A DNA stretch of 64,000 nt, from NCBI RefSeq assembly GCF_009914755.1, contig NC_060933.1; one strand, given 5' to 3'. The notes beneath the pieces were generated by a model. That model searched no databases. It was given only the letters and a program-made list of their open reading frames with translations, and was not told where the DNA came from. This stretch comes from the human T2T-CHM13v2.0 reference genome, Homo sapiens. Shown here piece by piece: positions 35,630 to 50,089 of the stretch. Made by a program: the position numbers and the translations under genes. The first letter of the stretch is position 1, and the number at the start of each line of letters is the position of its first letter.

Positions 35630-38600
35630 TGGTCCCTGTGCTCCAGTTCGCCAGGCGGGCGCGGCGGAGACGGAGACCGAGGAACGCGGCTGGGGCCATG
35701 CGGCGCTACCGCGCGTGGTGGCGCTGTGTCTGGCCTGAGGCTTCTGCTCGCTCCTTTACGCCTTCAGCCAGCTCCCCGTGTCCCCGGAGGAAGGAGCGGG
35801 CGGTGGTGGCGGGAAGCCGCAGGCCGCAGTGGCTTCCTGGCTGGCGGGAGGCGGATGCGGTGCGGTGAGAGGCGCGAGCAGCGCTTGTCCCGCTGCGCAT
35901 CCCCGCAGGTGGGACAGGTGTAGTCTGAAAATACAGCCTGTTGAGAAAATGTATCTAGGTGAAAGACTGGAAGAAACTATGACCATGTTGAAGTCAGCTA
36001 TTATTTTCAGGATCAAACCTCTTCAATTCCAGATTTTTGCTGAAGATCAACTACATCATAGCTTTAAAGGAAGGCTTGACAGGGGTCATTTCTACAAATA
36101 TTTAATTATACAATATACTCCATAACCTTTCCAAGTGAGAATGCAGCAGAGTGGAAAAACTCTTTAAACCATGTGGTTTGCAGAGATTGTCCTTGCCGTT
36201 ATTCCTGAAAGAAGTTGACTCTCACACTGATAGCCTTTTTAAAAGACCAGCTGATAATATTTGGTCTTTACTAAAGAAATTTAATTCCACACAAATTCTG
36301 CAATGGCCCCAGAACACAAGGAATGTCAAATAGGATGGTATAGTCGCTTTGCTAGGCATCCATAGTGTGGAAAAGCTGGAGTAAACTCTGGAGTTATGTT
36401 GACAAACATGACTTGAATGAGAAGGAAGTATTTCAAGAATAATATGACAACTGTGTGACTACAATGAGGAGATATACTTATGACATGGCTTAAAATATAC
36501 AAGTTAAACATTACATGGGCGATCAAGATCTGTTGGATATCCTGTTTTTTCATAATCCAGAAAGCCTTTTTGTCTTTCCGTGTCAATGGAAGTGTCGTCC
36601 AGATCACTGTCTATATGGAAGCAGTTGCCAAGAAGCAGAAGAAGGAATCTTTATTTTTCACGGGAACAGAGGTGTTTACCATGATGATAAGCAACCAGCA
36701 TTTAGAGCTGTTTATGAAGCACTGAGAAATTGTTCTTTTAAGATGACAATGTTCATTCATTAATAAAACCTTTAGAATTGGAACTACAAAAAATAGTGCA
36801 TACATACCGTGGAAAAATTTACTAAATATTTATCAAACAATTAGCAAAAACATAAGAGATCGCTATGTCAGATCACCAAAGGAAAGGTGATTCTTGTTGC
36901 CTGCTACATCAAATGGATGAAAAGAACAAAGCATCGGAGGATAAGTATGAAGGAACTGTCTTGGGTGAAGCATTAAGGCAGGAATTATTCATCTACAGAA
37001 TTTTTTTTTTCCTGAAGAGGTTAAATGAGCAGTATTTTCAGGTAATGAAGAATAAGTTAAAATCTTGGGCTTCAACAAAGAAAAATTTTTGGCCTCTGAT
37101 GTTGTGTAATGTTACTTACTATCATTCCAGTATTGATGAAAATATTATTGAATGGTTTTAGCCTGCAAACTTCTGTTGACTCATACTCTCAAGAGTGGTG
37201 GCGCTGTGAAAATGAAGAAAATGTACCTCAAACACAGTGCAAACACTCAGATGGTGAGTAGAGCGATAATTTTATGTCAGCACTAACCTCACTTTAAATG
37301 TGTGAGAGAGAAGTTTGTCTACAGGAGTAGAAACAGTTCTGTTTCTAAAGAAATGTGATGTAACCAATGTAACCATGGATGATCTATATCTGCCTTTACA
37401 CATTTCATCTCTGTTTTAAAATATTTTTATGATAATCATATTTAAAATTGTTTTTAGATTATAAGGAAGCTGCATGTTAAAAATTGAGCTGTATAAGAAA
37501 GAGGAAATATAGTGAAAACTTTGGGGTTTTAATCTGTGCATGTGAGAGAGAATGAGAAATATAGTGTTTTCATTGTGTATGCATTAAACTGTCTTGCTAA
37601 AACTCAGATCTAAGATTGTTAAGTAGATATTTGGGGAACTTTTTTATCACTTTAAATGAAAAATTTCAGCTTTACTGGGCATTCTGGAAGCAAAATATGT
37701 TATGCTGATGATAAAGTGAGAACCTTAAGAATACACTCATTTGATGGCGGAAAATGTGATGGACCAAAATGCAGAAGCTATACACGTCCTGTGAGTAGTA
37801 ATTTTAGTTACAATGCAGTAGGAAAATGTGGCGCATTTAAACATTTCTTCTACCTCATAATGGCTTTGCAAGATACTTGTAAAGAAGCAAATGTGTAGAG
37901 CCTTACTTTAAGAAAGTTTAACAACTTTGGTGAATGATTTGGATTAAGATTGTTACATCCAGCTATAGAAATGTGGTTTCAATAGGGTTGATGTGAGTGA
38001 GTACCTTCCTTTTTTGAATACCACTTAAAACAGTTAACTTTTTAAGTCTTGAAGATGAGAAAAATATTACTTATCTAATATAACTATTTTAATAGTTATC
38101 TAATTTATAGTTATCTACTATAACTATACATTCTGAATACTTAGCATGTACTGTGCTGGGGCACATATCTTATTTTCCCAGCTGCTAAACGATTATCTTC
38201 CTTTTCTCCCTGGTATTTTAATGCTCAAGTAGAAAATGGAAAATCATGAAGGAAAAATATCACTTGTGAAAATTGTGGCAGTTAGCTTTATGAAGACACA
38301 GTGGCCTCTGCGGGGACATGGGATATGCAGAAAGAGATGGCTAGTACAGTTGTTCTGTCTTCTGCAGTTCAGTCAGGGACATATTGAGAGAGGAAAGTTT
38401 AAGCAGGTACATTAGAAATTGATAACCAGCCCAGCATTCTTAGAACAGATGGGTTTAGAGAACACGAGTTGTAGTTCCTTGGCAGAATGCCATGGTGGAT
38501 ATGAGAAACTGTGAACTGTGTTGAAATTGAGCTTGAGCAGAAAATGAGAATACTAAAAATTTGAAGTTCAGAGGGTATGCATTAGATTATTTCTAATGGT

Positions 38601-38730
38601 CCCCATGTATGATCATTGCCTGCCTGACTATATAAGACTCCTGTTGGGAGCTTGAGAACAGATTGCTGAGCTTAGCCCTTTGGAGACTCTGGTATGCTGT
38701 GTCTGGGATGGAGTCTGCAAAAAAAAATTT
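35630..38730 (+). pseudogene. GXYLT1P: GXYLT1 (glucoside xylosyltransferase 1) processed pseudogene; CDS remnant 35698-36890 plus an AT-rich 3'UTR (3' limit uncertain)
   Basis: ATGCGGCGCTAC (MRRY) at 35698 is followed by [70 protein letters not shown] and [27 protein letters not shown], ending SPKER-TGA at 36890. It is intronless with many frameshifts. Confidence 0.95.
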
Positions 38731-39399
38731 AAAGAAGAGACTTAAAAATTATACAAAACTAGAATAGTGCTTTGGTACTATCAGATTACTTGGGGGCTAT
38801 TCCCACTTCGATTCTTCATATAGAGGATGTGAACAGAGAAACATGCAGATAAATCAGTCAATGCCAACTGCTGGGGGAAACGTCCATAGTCTGCAGGTTC
38901 CCACAGAAAGGATAGCACTTCCATCCTCTCCCATGAGGGAAAAACAAAGGAGAAAAGCTTTTGGCCTCTCACCATAAGCTCATTCAGTCCTCCCCTTGGG
39001 AAGAGAAATGACTTAACTGAGGAATGTGCTTGAAAGTAGCTGTACTGGTGAAACTCAGCCTCTGTGGGTTTCTCTCTCTTTCAGAGTCAGCTCTCTTCAG
39101 GATGCGCATTTATTTCTCCCTTTGGAGGAGGCCTCAGTCCAGCTCAGCCAAGGACTGAAAGGCACATCTGGCTAATTCAAGACTGAGGTATTGGGAGGTC
39201 CCCTTGGCCCCAGATCTATGATATGTTCTCGAGTCCTGAGACCTGATGACTCTCGTATCTCTTTTCTCAGTTGGGTCATATCTTGGGGTTATTTGTGTTC
39301 CCAGCTCTAACAGGAAGGTTCCTAAGCACTCATTTCTTCTTAACCAATTTCTGAAGGTAAAATGTTGGTGAAGAGTGCTCTTTTCTTCCTGCTACCATT

Positions 39400-39880
39400 A
39401 ATTGGTGTTTATTTTGTGTCAGGCACTGTTGAGTATTTTACATTTCTTATCTAGTTTGATCTTTACAGCAACTTTACATGACAGACATTGTTCCCCCATT
39501 TTTCAGGCTAGAAATCTGAGGCCCAGTGTCCCACAATGGCTGTGTGGTGACACTAGGCTTTGAGCACAGATGGTTGACTTCCAAAGCCTATGTTCCTAAC
39601 CATTATGCCACTCTGTGTTGTGACAGCGCCAAACATACTTTCATTCATATATATCTTTTAACTGATCATGTTCTTGTGTGATATCTTTCAGAAAGGCTTT
39701 TACATCAAATATTGATAATGATAATAATAATGAACACATGTTGAGCACTTACCATGTCTCAAGCACTGCTCTAGAGCTTCCCATGAAAGAACCCCTCTAA
39801 TCTTCAGAACAACCCTGTGAGGTAGGTGCTACTATTACTCTGTTTTCACAAGTAAAGAAACTAAGCACAGCAGATCCACA
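39400..39880 (+). mobile_element. MIR fragments (two)
   Basis: CCCCATTTTTCAGGCTAGAAATCTGAGGCCCAG and AACAACCCTGTGAGGTAGGT...AAAGAAACTAAGCACAG. Confidence 0.65.
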
Positions 39881-42800
39881 GTCATTCTGTAGGATGCTGT
39901 GTAGAATGGCTCCCGGGACACTGGGAAAGCTCTTCTGCACCTCAGTATCTTCTTTACTGGTTCATTAATGTCTGATATTCCTGCATGAGAAAGCACAACA
40001 TAGACAGAAAGCTTAATATGTATATACACACACTGAGAGATAAGGCATTGACATAACATCTCATTATAGGTATTAGAAATGCAGTCTCAAGAGCAGGTTC
40101 TCGTGGGGTGACAGGCAGGGCATTCTAGGGGAAGGAATATCCCAAGAAAGGTGGCATTACAAAGGAAGAGGAGAAAGAAAGATGTAAATGAGGAGACACT
40201 GATTTTCTTCCATTGCAAAGTTTTCCAAGGCTGGCCCCTTTTCTATTACATTCTTACCCAGTAACTCATACTTTCCCTAGAGCTCTTGCAAGAAAGAACT
40301 ATTGAGAAAGTAGCCCATCTGAAAGTATATTTCCTACTGTTTATCTGCTTCCAGAACTGGCTGAAGTTTACTTTTTGGTTCTCCAGAGACCTAGCTTCTT
40401 CCAATGTGGTCTATTTAATCTCCTGTCATGTGGGAAATTATATTCAAAATCTCCATGATCCTCTGTCCATAGTAAGTTATGCATGTAGTGAGAAGTACAT
40501 GCCACAAGGTCTTGAGATTATATCTGCAATGTGTTGCTGCTGGCTGTTGATCAAGATAGGCTGGGAGAAAATCATTTTCAGGTGTGAAAAACTGTCACCT
40601 TTATCAAATAATTCTTCTTGCATATTTCCCAAGACGTTGTAGCCTGTTTAAACTTGGGAGGTTAATTTTGTAGCATTCATTATGACCGTAAATGTAGTTC
40701 ACACAATCATGATGCTCTCTTTATTAGGTGTTACTGTTAAACAATATTAAAATACACACAATGTGGCTGGTCTTTTGTAAGCTACATGGCATGTTTACTT
40801 CTTTGCCAGGTTTCTTAATTGCATCTCTTCATCTTTCCGAATACCAGTGTCACTGTCACCCACAATATTTGCTGTTTTGAGCACATGGTTTACCTTTTAT
40901 TTTGCCCAATAATAGAATATGATGGGGACATCTTATCTGAGTGTTTCATAGTATGCTGTAGTTTGAATTCTTGGCTGTTGCTTTCCCAGAGTCCCAGCTC
41001 CTGCCACTGCATTCTGCCTTTGTAAATGGAGAATAATGGCTCTAAAAAAAATTCACCTAAGAATGTCATGATAGTGGAGAGGGAGGACCATGGAAATGCT
41101 AAAGCCACCCACTCGGCTTCTGTAAATCATGCAGAGGATCAGGAAAATGATTGAAAGTAACGTATCCCAAACAAAGCAGTCAGCTGTACAATTCAAGACC
41201 TGTGTCTGGCTGTAAAAAAAACAAAAAACAAACAAACAAAAAACACAAACAAACAAAAAAATGGAAAGAATAACCTTGCTACTCATCTTGTTCAAAAAAC
41301 TGGAGCAGATTGAGTATCTAGACTCAGTTTCAGAAGAAATGTTAAATACTGACAGGGGCATATTCAAGATCTTTAGGATTTTTTCGGGGGAGGAGAGGGG
41401 AACATAAAAAAGCAATAATAAAGATAAATTTGAATGCAGGAAAAATACACATAATCCATGAATCTAACACCTGTTTTCGCATGTTTATCATCTTTGTCCC
41501 TATGTAGATCTATGTTTTCTTTCATAGTTGCAGTCATAGAATATATTCTATTCTCTAAGCTTTTATCCTTCAACATTATAGGAGAATGTTGTTCCACGTT
41601 ACCACATAGCCAACTGTTTCAAAACTTGTCTAGTAAATTCTGTGCTGTTGTTTTCACAGGGAGAAACATGCACATGTATATTACTTTTTTTTTTCTGTTG
41701 AATCATACTCTTGGAATAAAATTTTTCAGTGAGGTTTTTGGTTCCAAAAAGTATAAACATTTTGGTGATCTTTAGTAAATTGTATTGCTTTCCAAAGAAG
41801 TGATAGGAATTATACTTGCCACCCCAACAGTGAAAGAATTGCAATTTAATTTCAATGTAACAGAGGATGCTACTGTTGCTATTATATTTTCTATTATAAT
41901 GAAAACCGTTAAAGATTTAAACCAAGCTGGATTGTCTTTCAGGAGCTGCTGTTAAATGAACACCTTGATATCTTCGTTCTTGGAGAGAAATGAGCCAAGG
42001 AGGAAGACCATCTAAAAAAACCACTAGACAATTTGTGCTCACTGGAGTGGTCTCTGCTGGGCAAAAGGTCTTTAGAATGACTCGTGGATTTTCTGGCAAG
42101 TGGCAAACCATACAAGTGCTATGTCAGGCCAGGGAGACAGGTGCAGCCCTGTCAGTGTCAAAGAAGAACACTGGTAGCAGAAGAGCTAAGAGTGAATGAA
42201 AATTGAATTATCTTTATTTCTAGGACTTGTCTATTGAGAAACAACAGTGCTGGCAACCATTTACTACCAACAAGAGGCAGTTCCAAGAGAAGAATATAAA
42301 ATATGCTCTGCTCAATCCCATGAAACTCAGAGTGTCTCACAATGGCCAATTTCTTATTTTTACCCTGTCCAGAGACAAGGAAGGATGCATCAGGGAGCTG
42401 CTAGCCTCTGTGATGAATAACTTGAGTCAGGCTGCAACATGTGAAAGAATTCAGCTGATCAGGATTTATAACACTAGCTGGATTTTTTGCTTTCTTTGGG
42501 GTTCATGAAGCATGGTGTTGTGAGATACCACAGGAGTCCCAGAGTAAAGTTACATACCTATTTCTCTTCCTTATTTTTATTTTTTTGGCATGTTCATACT
42601 ATTTTATTACCAACATCGCTGGCATCCCTGAGTATGAGAGTTCAGAAGAAACTTAGAGGCTATTGTCTGATTCAATCCTTGCAGCTTACAAAAAGAAATG
42701 TGGGGAGCAGTCACTGTATGACTAACCTGAGGTCACTCAGGAAGTTAGAGGCAGAACTGCAGCCAGGGTCACCTCTCTTTACTGCTACTAGTGTGCTCTT

Positions 42801-45192
42801 TCTACTGCACCCTGATCATAAAACATCTCCCAACCCAGGAACAAGGTCTACCGCATAGGTGGGCACAGCAGCGTGATCACTCTCTCAGTCATCTGTACTC
42901 CTCCTTTGCTTTGACCAAAGACACAGGAAGGGACCTTTTGCCCCACATAAAACACCTCTCAGAGACTTTGCAACAACAACAGATAATAGAGAGCATTGAC
43001 CTAAGACCAACATTTCAACCATGGTGTCAAAACAATATTTTATTTCAGCAAAGAAAAACTATGTCACAAGTGGATTATTATTACTAATAATCAGACTAGT
43101 GGTACTTGTGAATGACTTGGTTTCATACTCACACTTGGACAACTATGCACACTGAGTATAACTGACCTTATGAGAACATCATTCTCACTAAGATTATGAT
43201 GTGCTTTCTCACGTGGGAACTGTACATAATATTGCGTGTACACTTGGGAGGATGTCCTGCCTGTGATGTTGTCTTTCAGGGGAAGAAGAATGGTTGACAA
43301 CTGAGGGTATATTAAACATTTACTCCTCCAGATTTTTCAAGATTTCTGTTAAGCCAGATCAGAAGAAAGCCATCTATTTGGATTGCATCACTCTAACCTG
43401 GTAAGTCGAATTGTCTACACAGAATTATAATTTCACGATATGTCCAGATTACTTACCGAGAGCCAATTTGAGACACCAACAGGACTAGTAAAACATCTTT
43501 GCACTGTGGGTAGCGTTGCTATCAAAGACCTTATACATTATGTCATTCAAGAACCTTTATATTAAGATCCTTATGGAAAATCCTTCCCAAAGTTTAACCC
43601 TATGATAAAGGGTTTTTTTCTCCTGGTAACATAGTGGGCAATTGGGAACTGTTTAACCCAATGCATTGATTTCATTGATTGTTTTGGTTGCCGAGAAGTA
43701 TGGATGCTCAGAATAGGTTTTCTTGTTTTCAACTGCTAATTCCTTTATTTAAATTGTAATAAATGTTTCCCTTTACTTCTTTCCTTTTTCTTTTTAAGAA
43801 ATTTAATGTATTTCATAATAAATTATAAATTATCAATAGATCAATTAGCATAGAATAGTTTGGAATAATGCTTAGAGATCTCCCATTGAAAAAGACCCCA
43901 GTACCATAGGGTTCACAGCTGAGTGTTAACTGAACTTGAACAAATTCTGATTTTATTTAAAATGATCAAAGCCTAGAAAAAAAACTCCCACAGATCACAT
44001 GGGGCACATAATAACTAAAAAAAAAAAGAAACAAAGAGGGGTGGCTTTCTTCAATTAATTTTATAGTGTAATATCAAAGCTTAATAGTTAATATATTTCA
44101 TCTAATGTAGAATGTCAATGTTTAGAAATCAGACATTATTTCATGTACCATTAGAGATATACTGCCAATTAAACTGTGAATTCCTTAGCAAAAGCAAAAA
44201 AAGGAATTTTAAAGATATTAAAACATGTAAAGAAGAATATAAGCACTATACTCCCAACCCCTTCAATTAACATGTTAATATTTTATTGCATTGTTTTTCA
44301 GTAATTACTTTAATAAAATAAATCATTATTAGCTAATGTTCCACCCCTACCACTCCAATCTCATTCTCCTTCTAGGTCCCCCAGGCCCAATTGCTAAAAT
44401 AAATTTGTTGTACACTTTAAAGTTAATTTTCTATACATTTGCACATAAATATGTGCATTCGTAGAAAGTATTTTTGTGCTGAGAAGGTAGAATAAGCCCT
44501 TCAAAGTTGTTGATGTTCAGATTCCAGTTGGCAAAAGTCTTACACATGTGGCATTAAATATTTTCAGTATTAAACATGCACATTCCACAAGTTCAGCAGT
44601 TCTGTAATATACATCCAGAGTCTGCCCTGAGGGATCCTTACAACCTTAGTATAAACTCTCACTCACCCCTTTTAGAGAATAAAACTTACACCTATGTAAT
44701 GACCAGTCCAGGTACAAGGGTGTCCTCTGAGAACATTCATTCATGTATTCAAAAAATCTTTATTGAGCACCTGCACATTTCATGCCAGGGAGGTGACCTG
44801 TGTTCTCCCTACACAACAGGAGAAAGAGTGGTGGCATCGGCAGGAAAGTGCAGTGGAAAGGAGGAGCTGACTTTGGCAGGAAAAAGAACGATATTACTTT
44901 GAATTTATCAACTCTGACGTAACATCCTGATAAAAAGTGCCATATCCAAATCACGTTGAAGATTCTCAAAGGACAGTACCAAAGTTGAATAAAAACACAG
45001 TGCCTCAAATGGGAAGTGGTATAGAAAGGCCTGAGGCTGGGGTATGGAGGCACACGGTGTGCCGAGAACGAGGGAAGAGAAGAGTGAACAACTGCTCGGG
45101 GTCGGGTTGCATTGATGGCGAGAGATGGGTGTAACATGCATTTATGAGGACAGACATGATCAGGTTTAAAGAAAAAGAATTTTTTCTTTTTC

Positions 45193-45631
45193 CAGCAGTC
45201 CCACTATGGGGCATTTATCTACAGGAAAGGAAATCAGCATATTTAGGAGATACCTGCACCCTCATGTTTATAGCAGCCACTATTCACAGTAGCCAAGATT
45301 AGAATCAACCTAAATGTCCAAAAACATAATAGATTAAAAATGTAGTATCTCTTCACAGTGGAGTACTATTTAACCGTAAAAATAATGAAATCCTGTCCTT
45401 GGCTGCAACATGGATCAGCCTGGAACACTACATTAAGTGAAATAACCTAGGCACAGAATTATAAATCTTGCATGTTCTCACTCATATGTGGGAGCTAAAA
45501 AAAAACGAACTGAGCTCATGGAAGTGGAGAGTAGAATTCTGGTTATTACAGGCTGGGGAGAGCAACAGGGAGAAGAGGACAGGGAGAGGTTGGTTAACAA
45601 ATACAAACTTACAGCTAGATAGGAGTAATGA
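45193..45631 (+). mobile_element. L1MA-type 3' fragment, truncated by the inverted-duplication breakpoint
   Basis: CAGCAGTCCCACTATGGGGCATTTATC, ATGTTTATAGCAGC, CATGTTCTCACTCATATGTGGGAGCTAAAAA and ACAGCTAGATAGGAG. Confidence 0.88.
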
Positions 45632-47059
45632 GCACACCTATGACACCAAGCTGGGAATCGACAAGTGTGACAACTCCTCCACGTCCCTGAAGATGGGATA
45701 CACACAGGGCGCTCATCAGAGCGGCCAGGCCTTCGGCATGGGCCCACAGATATACGACCCCAGGTACTACTGGGGAGGCCCAGTGGCCCACGGCGCTCCC
45801 TCGGGCTCCGGCCCCTGAATATCTCCCTTACTACCAGGAGGAGACCGGCTACTGAGGCTCCCAGCACGCTCTCTCCACACATGATCTCCCCTCTGGGTGT
45901 TTGGGTTTTTCTGTGTTTTCATCTTTTTTTTTTTTTAACCTGTTCAGTGCTGCCAGTCAACCGAGGGTCTGTGAGTGGCAGCGTGGGATCAGGCAGCAGG
46001 GATTTTTCCCCCACCTCCCCCTGCTTTGGTTCCTTCTCAGGACTGAGCCACCGGGCTGTGGGGGAAGGGATCAAGGCCGTATCCTGATGCGTGTAGGGTG
46101 AAGGTGCCCGCTGGCACTTCCAGGCTGTGGGCTGAGCTGTGCTGGAGAGAAGAGACCTGGACATGGAGGGAACGGGTCCCTGAAGGTTTCTGGTTGCCTC
46201 TCCTCTTCCCCTTTTCTCAGCCTATCAGTAAGTGGTTTCTGTACCCGAAAAAGTTTCAGGAAGTATTAACAAAATAAAAAAAAATTTTTTTCCCCGAGGA
46301 ATGGGGCGGGGACAGTGGAGAGGGTGCTAGGAAGTGTGTCCCCTGGGAGAGGGGGCTCAGCCATGATGCTAAAATATCTCAGGCTCCTGAGTGGCTGGAT
46401 TTCCCTAGGACCCTCAGACCAACAGACCTCAGACCTACGCTGGGGCCCCGTGAGGAAACTGAGGCCCGTACAAGGTACTGGAATTTTGAGTTGTCAGGGT
46501 TAAGCCTGACCCATCTCCATCCTGCTCCCCGACCTCCGTGGTCCTCAGTAGGGCTTTTTGTTTGTTTTTGTTTTTGTTGAGATGTAGTCTCACTCTGTTG
46601 CCCAGGCTGAAGCGCACTGGAGTAATCTCGCCTCACTGCACCTCGGCCTACCGGGCTCAAGCGATTCTCCTGCCTCAGCCTCCAGAGTAGCTGAGACTAC
46701 AGGCGCCCACCACCACGCCTGCCTAATTTTTTGTATTTTTAGTAGAGACGGGATTTCACCATGTTGGCCAGGCTGGTTTGGAACTCTTTCCCTCATGTGA
46801 TCCGCCTGTTTCGTCCTCCCAAAGTGTTGGGATGACAGGCGTGAGCCACCGCGCCCAGCCCCTCAGTAGGTCTTAAGGAGCCCCGGCCCTCCTTCTCCCC
46901 TTCCGGGCCTGACCAGGTCTACTGCTCTATCTCTCCGGGCCCCAGGCCACGCCAAGTACTGCACAGAGCCCTCCACCCAGGGGCCCTGCGCTATGAGATA
47001 ATGTGAAATACCGACTGTGGACCAAACGCAATAAAACCTCTGTTTTTAAGAAGAAAATG
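45632..47059 (+). pseudogene. CNN2P: 3' fragment of a CNN2 processed pseudogene (last calponin repeat, acidic tail, 3'UTR with Alu, polyA signal)
   Basis: HTYDTKLGIDKCDNSSTSLKMGYTQGAHQSGQAFGMGPQIYDPRY, AATAAA at 47030, and AAAAGACTTA TSD at ~47060. Confidence 0.93.
46554..46860 (-). mobile_element. AluS in the duplicated CNN2 3'UTR
   Basis: Reverse-strand Alu mirroring 32235-32547. Confidence 0.92.
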
Positions 47060-49014
47060 AAAAGACTTAAAATTGGCATTTTAAGACTTTACTATATATT
47101 ATTAAATATATATTAAATATAAATGTTATACACTTTAGCGCCTCTATCTCCCAGTCTCTGGTTAGGAGCTTAACTTTCCTAAGCCTCAATTAGTAAACAC
47201 TTATGGCCTAGCCACGTTGACCCGCCTCTCTCCTAACATCATCCAGTACATTTCGGAAGCGCATGCAAAACTCTCCCACCTTCTGTTTCAACAGATATGT
47301 CAACTGATACAATTATACAATAATTGCATAATATTAGATTTAATCTCACAATCACACTCAGCTTGATTACTAACCCTTCTCCTACACCTTGCTCACCTAA
47401 ATTTATCTACATTTTCTATGAATTGAAATAGCTTAGAAATGTATGTTGTCTGTGTATTATAGTGTAAGTTATTGCAATATAGAAATATGGACTTTCTTTA
47501 ACTCCCATTTGCTGCCTAGGAAATACCAATATTTTCTAAGCATGGCAAGTGTTTCCAAGCATTCAGAAGTGGAGAGTGTAGGAAATCCACTGCAGAATGA
47601 GGTCTGCTTGTCATCCTCTCAGTCTCAACTGCTCTCCCTCCTTCATCGCTCTCTGTTTCATTGGTGAGTATAGAAGATCAGGCATTTTTATATGAAATGA
47701 AAATTGATGGAACTAAGGTGTTGATTTGAATATCCAACCGACCATTTATTGAGTGTCCATTACAAGTTAAATTGTGTTGTAGAGAACAGCTCAGGAAACG
47801 AATGCTTGACATTGATGTACATAACAGAAATACAAACATGCCATTAAAAAATCAGACCTCTTATGAGCATCCAGATTCTCATGTAAGTTTTGTGAAGCTC
47901 TTTCAAAATGAGAATGTAAAATTTCAAAAAAAACATCATTTTCACAAGTCATTCTTGAGACAGAAAAGTGGAAATAGAAGTTCATATATGGTTGTTTCAC
48001 TAGCTCAAATCTTATGTACAGTTTTTAGTCAATTGACAGCCATATAATTCTTAGTTTTATATACTGATAGTCATTAGAAATTACAAATTTTAAAAAATAT
48101 TCCTGTCTCATTCTACGAATCAATCTAAAAATTTCATTCACTTGGTTATATTTCTTCATTTTACCTGGCCTTGACTACTTCTTTCCTGCTCAGCATTAAA
48201 TTTAATTAATGTCTAATTTGTTTACTTGGTTTAGTTATTTTGGCCATGTTCAGTACACTTGTTATGAAGCAGGCATGTAGGAATGTTGACAAGTTTATGG
48301 TCCTCACTCTTCCAAATCCCTAATGGCGGCACCCCAACAGACACATACCACAATGTAAACACATACACATACACACACACACAATCCACACCCACCCATA
48401 CTCACCCACGTACACAAAGACACACACACACACTCCAGTGGATCAACACATAAAACACTCCACAGGCAGACATCGTACAGCAGGGATCTCTTAGTGCACT
48501 GCACACTTCTGTAAATTATCAGGACTCTTCAATTGAGGTGAGTCTACAGAGATTTCAAAAGCTATTTGAGTGCTAAGCTATCTAACTAGTGGTTGGACAC
48601 TATTTAAATAATGCATTAAACACAACTCTTGAGGCTCTGAAGAATTTCTGTGCTTTCCAATTCACCAGGAGTTACAAGGTCCTGAAAACCACAACTGTGT
48701 TACATCCTTTAATAGATAAAGCAAAGCTGATTTTAATGTGAATATACTTTATAGTTATTTCTATTCCTGTTAATTTTTGTTTGCTTGTAATACACATTTT
48801 TATGTAACTGGGAGTAAGGAACATCTTAGGAAAAAGAAAACAAAAAATAAAATTTCGCTGTTTACACTGTGCCTTGGTCCAGTAACCCTGCACTGCACAT
48901 ATACACTTTAAATTGGTGTCTTGGGGAACCACTTCGGTATTTCTTTTTTTTTCTTTTATGTTGTAAACCTTTCTTGTAAAAATAAACAAAAAACAAAAAA
49001 AAGACAAACAAACA

Positions 49015-49518
49015 CATTAGACTATGTCAACATGAGGTCAAGATAATCAATATTACTGTCTGAACCTCCACATCTTGTCCCACTGAAAAGGCTTCAGAGA
49101 TAATTACACTCATGGAGTTGTTATGTCCTATGGTAATGATGCTTCTTTCTGTAATACTTCCTGAAAGATTTGCTTGAGGCTATTGTACAGATTTAACTGT
49201 TTTTCCATAAGTAGAAGGGGTAATTCTAATGATAAAAATTGTAGTATATAAAACACATAAACCAGTAACAGAGTTTATCATTATCTAATACTATGTACTG
49301 CACACAATTGCATGTGTACTTTAGTATCACTGAAAGAAAAGCAAATTTGTTTACACCATCATCACCACAAACACTAGCAATACATTTTGCTACAATGTTA
49401 GGTGGCTTACAATATCACTGGATGATAGAAATTTTTCAGGGCCATTAGAATCTTATGAGGACACATCATACATATATGGTCTGTCATTGACCAAAACATA
49501 ATTATGTGGCACATGAGT
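49015..49518 (-). mobile_element. Tigger3 (Golem) DNA-transposon fragment
   Basis: GGTCTGTCATTGACCAAAACATAATTATGTGGCACATGAGTG-TA terminal repeat; homologous in reverse to 59576-60080. Confidence 0.8.
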
Positions 49519-50089
49519 GTATATATCAGATACATCAATCAATATATTCAACATTTCTCCCCTGCTTATCCTAATGATAAAGATGATATAAAATGTAATT
49601 TAAAAATATAAGAAGAAATGGTGTAATGGTCTCTATATTAAAAACTAGAGTTAAATTGTTTAAAAAATTATAAGTAGATGCTAAATACACAGATTGAAAT
49701 ACATTAAATACATTAAGAATGTTTGTTCTGTTTCTTATATATTGCTGGTTTTCTGTCATTGAAAGTTTAATTTAGACCTCCTTATTTCATGTAATCACCC
49801 CAATAATTTGTCTTACAAACAATTAACAGAAGTTAACACTATATAACATAGTTGTATATTGTCTTACTCTTACAATGGGATACTTTACTTTTCATGAGGG
49901 AAACAGTAAGCTATAAAGTTTACACAATCTGAGATGTAGATAAAGATTGTTGTGCAAGATTGCTTCTAGATATATCACTTTATAATGGTAACATAAAAAA
50001 AGGAAAGTAATGTGTAAAATATCTTCTAATGCAACCCTTTCCACTCTTCCTGACTCATTGGCCTTTTTTTTTTTTTTTGACTTCTCACG

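Larger units (their letters stand above)
45632..48943. repeat. Right arm of the 3.3-kb inverted duplication (partner 30149-33488)
   Basis: Colinear reverse-complement similarity, roughly 85-95% by eye. Confidence 0.95.

Noticed and set aside
40286-43400. Several 90-123 aa ORFs and exon-like segments (e.g. AG 43331-43400 GTAAGT)
   Set aside because: No protein family was recognised, and splice-like motifs alone are not enough without transcript data.
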